Below are positions 57,928 to 64,000 of a stretch of 64,000 bases of DNA, piece by piece. The position numbers were made by a program, and so were the translations under genes. The stretch is taken from contig CAJJAH010000001.1 of the NCBI GenBank assembly GCA_905182255.1, positions 345,508-409,507 on the forward strand, written 5' to 3'. How positions within the stretch are numbered: position 1 is the first letter of the stretch; every line of letters begins with the position of its first letter. The notes below the pieces were generated by a model that was not told the origin of the DNA, ran no database searches, and saw only the letters and a program-made list of their open reading frames with translations. This DNA is from Cryomorphaceae bacterium BACL11 MAG-121001-bin54. Its GTDB lineage: Bacteria; Bacteroidota; Bacteroidia; Flavobacteriales; BACL11.

Positions 57928-57932
57928 TAAAC

Positions 57933-58544
57933 TTGTTTATTACAACACCAAAATTTATACAAGCACTCTTTCCTTCATTAATTTGGAGGATGGAGACACA
58001 AGATAAAAGAATATGGCTTACATTTGATGATGGACCAAGCCCTCAAGTTACCCCATGGATTTTATCTGTTTTAAAAAAAGAAAATGTTAAAGCTACTTTC
58101 TTTTTACTTGGACAACAAATAGAAGAATTTCCTAAATTAACAGATGCTATTGTTAAAGACGGTCATACTATAGCTAATCATTCATATTCTCATAAAAACG
58201 GATGGCTTACCAATAAAGGAAAGTATTTAGAAGACATAGAAAGTTGTCAAGAATTAATGCCTAACAATAAATTATTCCGACCACCTTACGGTAAAATTAC
58301 CAAATCACAAATTGCAGTACTCAAAAAAAAATATAAAATCATTCTATGGGACGTTCTTAGTTATGATTTTCAGCAAAATACAAGTGCTGAAAGAGTGCAA
58401 GAAAATATTATAAAAAATACTAAAGCAGGATCAATAATAGTATTACACAACAACACGATGAGTTTTAAAAATATTTACCCAATACTTGCAAAGACTATTC
58501 AGCAATTAAAAAAAGAGGGCTATAGTTTTAGTGCTACTTGGTAG
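57933..58544 (+). CDS. Polysaccharide deacetylase family protein (NodB homology domain)
   Basis: 203 aa. TFDDGP, H.YSH and RPPYG motifs. TTG start 5 nt after the DUF2723 stop, so probably co-transcribed. Confidence 0.85.
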   Translation: MFITTPKFIQALFPSLIWRMETQDKRIWLTFDDGPSPQVTPWILSVLKKENVKATFFLLGQQIEEFPKLTDAIVKDGHTIANHSYSHKNGWLTNKGKYLEDIESCQELMPNNKLFRPPYGKITKSQIAVLKKKYKIILWDVLSYDFQQNTSAERVQENIIKNTKAGSIIVLHNNTMSFKNIYPILAKTIQQLKKEGYSFSATW

Positions 58545-59310
58545 CAATGCAAAAGTGATCTAAGCACTCAGTTTTAGAAGAACATATTGAATAGTCGGAA
58601 TAGACAAGAGAGTTTACAATTCCTTTATTAGCATCCTGCAAACTGTTTCGGTTAAATCTATTTAAGATATCATAAGGTATCTGCAACAACCATCTAGGCA
58701 ACCAGTATTGAAAATTTAGAATATCAAAACGAGTAATTTTACGAACAGATTCTTTATTTTTATTATAATAATCCATTACCTTATCATTCCCAAAAACACC
58801 TTTCAACTCATATTTATCAAATGAAGTTTTAAGTATTCCCCTCATTTGTTCAGGATTATATTCACGTATATGCCAAGGGTTTCTAGTTAAGGACATCATA
58901 CTATTTGGAGTTGTCAAAATCACCTTGCCTTTTGGCTTTAATACCCTATAGATTTCTTTCAAAAACATTTTATCGTCCTTAATATGCTCAATCACTTGAA
59001 AGGTAACTACAAAATCAATACTATTATCTTTAATCTCTTTTAAAGGAGGTACTTGCGTTTTAATAAATGTAATATTATTTGCTTTCTTTAACTCATCACT
59101 AATTTCAGTATTATACTTATCAACTGCAATATAATTATCTGCTTTAGGAGCTAACTCCATAATCCCATACCCCTCCCCGCTGCCTATTTCAAGTACAGTT
59201 CCACTAATTAATTTAGCAGCTTCTTTATAAGCTATTAAGTGTCTTTGATAAATAACATTTTCAGAAGGGTCTAGATGTGAACTTCTTTCAGCTGTCTGTA
59301 ATATTCCCAT
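58534..59310 (-). CDS. Class I SAM-dependent methyltransferase
   Basis: 258 aa. VLEIGSGEGYG SAM-binding motif. Its 3' end overlaps the convergent deacetylase gene by 11 nt. Confidence 0.8.
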   Translation of the reverse strand: MGILQTAERSSHLDPSENVIYQRHLIAYKEAAKLISGTVLEIGSGEGYGIMELAPKADNYIAVDKYNTEISDELKKANNITFIKTQVPPLKEIKDNSIDFVVTFQVIEHIKDDKMFLKEIYRVLKPKGKVILTTPNSMMSLTRNPWHIREYNPEQMRGILKTSFDKYELKGVFGNDKVMDYYNKNKESVRKITRFDILNFQYWLPRWLLQIPYDILNRFNRNSLQDANKGIVNSLVYSDYSICSSKTECLDHFCIATK

Positions 59311-59330
59311 TTAATTAATTTTGAAAGCTG

Positions 59331-59338
59331 CAAATATA
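59331..59338 (-). promoter_or_regulatory. Putative -7 box (TAnnTTTG) for the methyltransferase gene
   Basis: Minus-strand TATATTTG, 20 nt upstream of the ATG at 59310. Confidence 0.45.
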
Positions 59339-59344
59339 AGAAAT

Positions 59345-60109
59345 CTAATCTGCTAACTCTACAAGGACAGGGCAATGGTCAGAATGCTTAGCTAAAGGCA
59401 AAATATTTGACTTCTTTAATTTAGGCAAAAGAGTGTTAGAAATCATGTTATAGTCAATACGCCATCCCAAATTTTTGGCTCTTGAATTTGCCCTGTAACT
59501 CCACCAACTATAATTATGTGGATCAGTATTTAAATATCTAAAAGAGTCTACAAAACCACTAGCAAGAAATTGACTTACCCAATCTCTTTCTTCAGGCAAA
59601 AATCCTGATGAATTTTTGTTAACTTTAGGATTATGAATATCAATTTCAGCATGACAAATATTATAATCTCCCGAAATAATTAGGTTTGGAATTATCTTTT
59701 TTAATTCCATAATATAATTGTTAAATAAAGACAAAAACTCAATTTTAAAAGCTTGCCTTAAAGGATTACTTCCTGAAGGAAAATAAACACTAAGAACAGA
59801 AAAGCCTTCAAAATCTGCTCGTATCACTCTGCCTTCAAAATCAATTTTTTCAATACCACAACCATACTCAACATGCTTAGGTTTCATTTTTGACAAGATA
59901 GCAACGCCGCTATACCCAGGTTTTTCAGCAGATTTGATAAAACAATTGTATCCCAAATCATTAAAGATAGCTTCATCAAATTGTTCGGGCTTTGCTTTAA
60001 TTTCTTGCAAACATAAAATATCTGCATTTACAACTTTTAACCATAAAGGCAATCCCTTTTTAATAGCAGCCCTAATTCCGTTAACATTATATGTAATTAT
60101 AGTTGGCAT
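59345..60109 (-). CDS. xth: Exodeoxyribonuclease III
   Basis: 254 aa. YNVNGIRA, LCLQE.K, GDYN and SDHCPV motifs of the EEP/ExoIII family. Confidence 0.92.
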   Translation of the reverse strand: MPTIITYNVNGIRAAIKKGLPLWLKVVNADILCLQEIKAKPEQFDEAIFNDLGYNCFIKSAEKPGYSGVAILSKMKPKHVEYGCGIEKIDFEGRVIRADFEGFSVLSVYFPSGSNPLRQAFKIEFLSLFNNYIMELKKIIPNLIISGDYNICHAEIDIHNPKVNKNSSGFLPEERDWVSQFLASGFVDSFRYLNTDPHNYSWWSYRANSRAKNLGWRIDYNMISNTLLPKLKKSNILPLAKHSDHCPVLVELAD

Positions 60110-61015
60110 TTATCTTAGCTTGAAGTCTAAATGAGCGGCAATACTCCCCTCAATTATTAAATTAACATGATATGCACCTGCTGATAACACCTGCACTCTT
60201 TCCCACTCAAAACAATGTGTCATTTCAATATTTTTATACTCAAATTCAGCAGAACTTGTACAGCTATATGTTGAGTCAGCAACATTAGTTGTAAGAATAT
60301 TAGTTCCCAAAACTAATTCTCCGCTTCCATCAATAACTTGCAAATAAATAGTCTTTATTTCTGAGTCAGAAATCTGGTTGGCAGAAACTGAAAAACAAGT
60401 TCTAATTTTCTGTACTTTTTTAGCATATCTAGTTGCAAATTCTCTTCCTGTACTCCTGTAGCGAATAGTTTCAATTTTAGCATCAAACACCTCTAAAATA
60501 GCACCTTTACTTACTTTTTCTTCTAACTTCTTATTTTTCTTATTTAGCTTATAATTCTTCCAGTTTATATCCTTATTTACTTTTACAACACTATCTTTTT
60601 CTAAAACCAGTACACCATTCAAAACTAATAAAGAATCAATATTTGCTAAATATCGTTTTGATATATCCTTAAGAGCTGCAATTTTTTTCCTTGCCTCGTC
60701 TAAATCACTTTTTGTTCTTATAAGGTTTCTAATTTCAGCAATTTGATCCTGAATAACAGAATCTTTTTCATACAATTGTTCATTCAAATCTCCATATTCA
60801 TCTAACAAATCATCATGATCATCAATCAAATCATCCAGCTCGTCCCGCAACATGTTTTTTTGCTCAATAAATTGAACTTTTAATTGCATTTGCTGTTCCA
60901 TTCTATTCTGTTGAAAAAAAAGAGAAATAATAAGTAAAATAACAATTCCTATAAATAGAATAATTATTTTTCTAGCAGTTGAGTTTGACCATAATTCTTT
61001 AATTTTATCCATCAT
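60110..61015 (-). CDS. Hypothetical membrane-anchored coiled-coil protein with a C-terminal beta-rich domain
   Basis: 301 aa. One TM segment (IIILFIGIVILLIISLFF) and an acidic coiled coil. Its stop codon directly abuts the xth ATG. Confidence 0.45.
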   Translation of the reverse strand: MMDKIKELWSNSTARKIIILFIGIVILLIISLFFQQNRMEQQMQLKVQFIEQKNMLRDELDDLIDDHDDLLDEYGDLNEQLYEKDSVIQDQIAEIRNLIRTKSDLDEARKKIAALKDISKRYLANIDSLLVLNGVLVLEKDSVVKVNKDINWKNYKLNKKNKKLEEKVSKGAILEVFDAKIETIRYRSTGREFATRYAKKVQKIRTCFSVSANQISDSEIKTIYLQVIDGSGELVLGTNILTTNVADSTYSCTSSAEFEYKNIEMTHCFEWERVQVLSAGAYHVNLIIEGSIAAHLDFKLR

Positions 61016-61016
61016 G

Positions 61017-61301
61017 TTATTTTATAGTTTCATTACCAACTATATCTACAGACTTAGCTTTTTCATTCAAATAATTTATGTTTAACTCTGAAAGCATTTC
61101 ATCTAAAACTTTCACAATTTCATCTGTAATGTTTCCCTTTGTTTTAACTTTAAGCATTTCCATCAAATCAATAGTTTGACTTACATATTCTAAATTACGA
61201 CTTACCTTTCCTGTTGGGTCAGCAATTTTTCCTAGACCCTGCATAGCAGAAGTGTGGAACATATAAATTAATTGCATTAAAAGCTGATCATTTTTTTCCA
61301 T
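61017..61301 (-). CDS. DUF1844 domain-containing protein
   Basis: 94 aa. LIYMFHTSAMQGLGKI.DP.TGK pattern as I recall for DUF1844. Confidence 0.6.
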   Translation of the reverse strand: MEKNDQLLMQLIYMFHTSAMQGLGKIADPTGKVSRNLEYVSQTIDLMEMLKVKTKGNITDEIVKVLDEMLSELNINYLNEKAKSVDIVGNETIK

Positions 61302-61305
61302 ATTT

Positions 61306-62016
61306 TTATTTAAATACTTTTAGTAAAAGTTCTGAAGTTCTAGCCTTGGGATTACTTCTAATTTCCTTCTCTTGATTAGAGATAAGCACAAAAATACCAT
61401 CAATTGTTTTATTAGTCACATAATCCTCCAAATCAGGATTTACTGATTTAGTGAAAGGAATTGTATTATAAGAATTTACCAATGGATTCCAATATTTTGT
61501 AACCTCAACTTGCTGAATAGCTTTTTTGGCTATTGGCTTTATTTTATTGTACAGCTTTACACTTATTTGTTTTTTTAAATAAGAAGTTGCAGCTGTATTT
61601 CCACCTTTTAAAATCTGTAATGCATCTTTAATATTCATAGCATTAATGGCTTCAACAAAAATAACTAATACCTCCTTAGAGGCCAATTCAGCTGCTGAGT
61701 TTATGCTCTTTTCAAATTCCTTAATTTGTGATTGCATACCTGCCTTTTTCAAGGTTTTTTTCATTTTTTCGGCCTCATCAGGAAAAGGAATACGAATAAG
61801 TATATTATTATAAAACCCTCCCTTTACTGACGAATTCTTAACAGCTTTATTAGCCCCAATAACTAAAGCTTCCTTTAACCCTTTGGACACTTCATCTTTA
61901 TTAGCAGAAGTTGAAAGTAACGCACTAGATTTGGTACTAGCAATTTTCAATAAATCTATTTGTGCTAAACAAGGATGAGACACAATCAATAGTAGAGCTA
62001 AAAATATGAATTTCAT
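61306..62016 (-). CDS. DUF4197 domain-containing secreted protein
   Basis: 236 aa. Signal peptide, then GLKEAL.IGA..AV...S..GGF..N..IRIPFP pattern. Confidence 0.6.
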   Translation of the reverse strand: MKFIFLALLLIVSHPCLAQIDLLKIASTKSSALLSTSANKDEVSKGLKEALVIGANKAVKNSSVKGGFYNNILIRIPFPDEAEKMKKTLKKAGMQSQIKEFEKSINSAAELASKEVLVIFVEAINAMNIKDALQILKGGNTAATSYLKKQISVKLYNKIKPIAKKAIQQVEVTKYWNPLVNSYNTIPFTKSVNPDLEDYVTNKTIDGIFVLISNQEKEIRSNPKARTSELLLKVFK

Positions 62017-62264
62017 AAATAATTAATTTAATCGCTAAAATAAGTATAACCTCAAAATTTAATCTACATTTTTGTTTATTTTTTGAAATTTTTCGTATTA
62101 CAAATATTATCAGATAATAGATTATCAAAATGCTATTGGGCAGTATATTTATATAACAAAGATATTATTCAAATACATAAGATTGCTAAAAATAAAGCAA
62201 TTTAGATGCAAAAAATCATATAATTCCATAACTAGAAATGTAGTTAAATAATATTTTAGCCAAT

Positions 62265-62289
62265 AAAAAACCCCACCAAATAGGTGAGG
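62265..62289 (-). terminator. Rho-independent terminator after tRNA(CAU)
   Basis: Minus strand: CCUCACC-uauuu-GGUGGGG (one G.U pair) followed by UUUUUU, beginning 7 nt after the tRNA 3' end. Confidence 0.7.
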
Positions 62290-62295
62290 TTTCTG

Positions 62296-62369
62296 TGGGC
62301 CCAGCTGGGCTTGAACCAGCGACCCCTTGATTATGAGTCAAGTGCTCTAACCAGCTGAGCTATGGGCCC
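62296..62369 (-). tRNA. Elongator tRNA with CAU anticodon (tRNA-Met, or tRNA-Ile2 if C34 is lysidinylated)
   Basis: Reverse complement: GGGCCCA TA GCTC AGCTGGTTA GAGC A CTTGA CTCATAA TCAAG GGGTC GCTGG TTCAAGC CCAGC TGGGCCC A. It is not an initiator, since it has a G1-C72 pair and no GGG/CCC in the anticodon stem. The GGTCGCTGGTTCAAG.CCAGC arm resembles E. coli ileX from memory. Confidence 0.85.
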
Positions 62370-62427
62370 TATTTAAAAACTATTTGCAAAACTATCAAAA
62401 TTGTTCAATAATTTGCAATTTTACCGA

Positions 62428-63048
62428 ATGAAAAAATACAAAACCATTATTTTTGATTTAGGAGCTGTTATCCTAAACATTAACTATGAAAATACAATAA
62501 ATGAATTCACCAAATTAGGCATAAAAAATGCAGATACTTTTTACTCTAAAAAAGTACAAATAGAATTATTTAATAAAATTGAAACAGGTAAAATTAGTAA
62601 TAATGAATTTCTGAAAGAATTACAGAAAGAAACTAAAAATGCAAATATCAAACAAGTAAAAATAGCATGGAATGCTATGCTGCTAGATTTACCAACAGAA
62701 CGATTACATTTGATAAAAAAATTAAAATCTAATCATACAATTTTCCTACTTAGTAATACAAATTCTATACACATTAATGCGTTTAAAGAACAGTTAGGAA
62801 ATAAAAAATGGTTGGAATTTAGCGAATTATTTGACAAAATGTATTTATCTCACGAACTAGGTTTAAGGAAACCAGATGCTAAAATATTCGAGTATATTCT
62901 TAATGAACAGAAACTAAAAGCTGAAGATGTATTTTTCATTGATGATTCTCCACAACACATAGCCAGCGCAAAAAAATTAGGAATATCTTGTCATCATTTA
63001 TTAGATAGTGAGGATGTTATATCTCTATTTCCTGACATAACTCTATAA
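62428..63048 (+). CDS. HAD family hydrolase (subfamily IA, YihX-like)
   Basis: IIFDLGAVIL motif I, LLSNTN motif II, FIDDS motif IV. The ATG at 62428 is preferred to the TTG at 62401. Confidence 0.78.
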   Translation: MKKYKTIIFDLGAVILNINYENTINEFTKLGIKNADTFYSKKVQIELFNKIETGKISNNEFLKELQKETKNANIKQVKIAWNAMLLDLPTERLHLIKKLKSNHTIFLLSNTNSIHINAFKEQLGNKKWLEFSELFDKMYLSHELGLRKPDAKIFEYILNEQKLKAEDVFFIDDSPQHIASAKKLGISCHHLLDSEDVISLFPDITL

Positions 63049-63421
63049 GCACACCATTGGTGTCTTTAGGATGTAAGAAGCAGATCAACTTATTGTCAGC
63101 TCCTTTTTTTGGCTGGTCATTTAAAGTTCTAATACCTTCAGATTTTAGGCGTCTCATTTCAACTTTTATATCTGCAACATCAAAAGCAATATGATGCATT
63201 CCCTCTCTATTATTATCTAGATATTTTGCAATAGAACTACTCAGATCGGTTGCTGCTACTAATTCAATTTTGCTCTCCCCTACTTGAAAAAAAGAAGTAA
63301 TTACGGATTCTGATTCTACGGGCTCAGATTTGTAACTTTCTTTACCAAATATTTTAACAAATACTTTATTTGAAGCCTTAATATCCTTGACAGCAATACC
63401 GATATGTTCTATTTTTTTCAC
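63017..63421 (-). CDS. mce: Methylmalonyl-CoA epimerase (VOC/glyoxalase family)
   Basis: (V)KKIEHIGIAVKDI ... MHHIAFDVADI ... GVLIELCQ. I prefer the GTG at 63421, which gives about 134 aa and starts directly after the upstream stop at 63423. The 3' end overlaps the convergent HAD gene by 32 nt. Confidence 0.8.
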   Translation of the reverse strand: MKKIEHIGIAVKDIKASNKVFVKIFGKESYKSEPVESESVITSFFQVGESKIELVAATDLSSSIAKYLDNNREGMHHIAFDVADIKVEMRRLKSEGIRTLNDQPKKGADNKLICFLHPKDTNGVLIELCQEIEI

Positions 63422-63422
63422 T

Positions 63423-64000
63423 CTAATAGCCCCAAAAACCTGTGTGCCTTTGAGAGGAAAGAGCTCCAATTCTAAAAGAGATACCTAACTCATGAGTACC
63501 ATAGCTATATTGTGTAATTTCATCAGAAAATGAATGATCATAAGAGTATGATATATGCATATTGTTTGCAGCAAATCCAAAAGAAAAAATAGCTGTACCA
63601 TTATTTCTGAATGCTAATCCTGCCCAATTATTTTCTAAAAATATAATTCTTGTTGTAATATCAATTAGGCCTTTTTGATATTGTATTTTTCTAATTAGAA
63701 AAGAGGGTTCCAGTTCCCAATCATTATTTATCACATTAAATTTATAAGCCCCCATTCCATAATAATTTCTATATTCTGAGTTAGAATATGGAGATCCTGT
63801 AATTTCATTGTTAAAAGATGATTGAAACATGTTTGATATAGAAAATCCAACATAAAATTCTTTACCATAAACATATGTTCCAGATGAAGCGTCTGCTAAA
63901 GTTTTATCATAGGATTTTGTGGAGAAAGCAGGGTCAAATCCTGGGGGAATATCATCTCTATTAAACTCTATATTATGATACATTAGTTTAGCTCCTAAGC
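63423..64000 (-). CDS. PorP/SprF family type IX secretion system membrane protein, C-terminal part (5' end beyond the window)
   Basis: The reading frame remains open upstream of the track's Met at 63983 up to base 64000. The beta-barrel-like sequence ending ...YSYDHSF..I...SYGTHELGISFRIG matches my memory of the PorP/SprF family. Confidence 0.65.
   Translation of the reverse strand, partial: LGAKLMYHNIEFNRDDIPPGFDPAFSTKSYDKTLADASSGTYVYGKEFYVGFSISNMFQSSFNNEITGSPYSNSEYRNYYGMGAYKFNVINNDWELEPSFLIRKIQYQKGLIDITTRIIFLENNWAGLAFRNNGTAIFSFGFAANNMHISYSYDHSFSDEITQYSYGTHELGISFRIGALSSQRHTGFWGY

Noticed and set aside
61937-62128. A 63-aa minus-strand ORF overlapping the DUF4197 start region.
   Set aside because: It is out of frame with, and overlaps, the signal-peptide-encoding start of a supported gene. 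The translation is Ile/Phe/Lys-rich AT-noise.
63017-63048. A 32-nt overlap of the convergent HAD and mce genes (and an 11-nt overlap at 58534..58544) as a sign of antisense regulation.
   Set aside because: Short 3'-3' overlaps are common in compact genomes. Nothing in the sequence, such as a hairpin or conserved motif, suggests a specific mechanism.

Overview
Low-GC chromosomal segment from a Bacteroidota genome, probably class Flavobacteriia. Supporting signs are T9SS C-terminal sorting domains, a PorP/SprF gene, SprB-type repeats, recurrent TAnnTTTG -7 promoter boxes and the DUF4290-murA pairing. About 80 percent of the window is ordinary housekeeping: ahcY, murA, grpE-dnaJ, alaS, secA, tag, tilS, pabB, rimP-nusA-infB, xth, two tRNAs, and a TPP riboswitch in front of a TonB-dependent receptor. 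The outstanding feature is one 11,865-nt minus-strand gene (42274..54138, 3954 aa). It encodes a T9SS-sorted surface protein, and about 94 percent of it is nested, almost identical tandem repeats with periods of 519, 147 and 1041 nt, plus a short Cys/Asp-rich mini-repeat hinge. Across an AT-rich spacer and a tRNA-Gln it faces a divergent DUF2723 (GT-C type membrane glycosyltransferase-like) gene, followed by a polysaccharide deacetylase and a converging methyltransferase. I flag that group as a speculative adhesin-modification module. Smaller oddities are listed here. (1) A multiply frameshifted NadR-type kinase pseudogene lies next to pnuC. (2) 134-bp direct repeats bracket an M1 peptidase gene, with a gene-remnant ORF and a stray 24-mer copied from inside tag. 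(3) A perfectly spaced sigma-54-like -24/-12 element sits upstream of grpE. (4) Several -7 boxes abut start codons, suggesting leaderless mRNAs. (5) A promoter-then-terminator arrangement precedes rimP-nusA-infB. I found no CRISPR array, transposase, integrase or recognisable defence system. All function calls come from reading motifs in the supplied translations. No database search was run.
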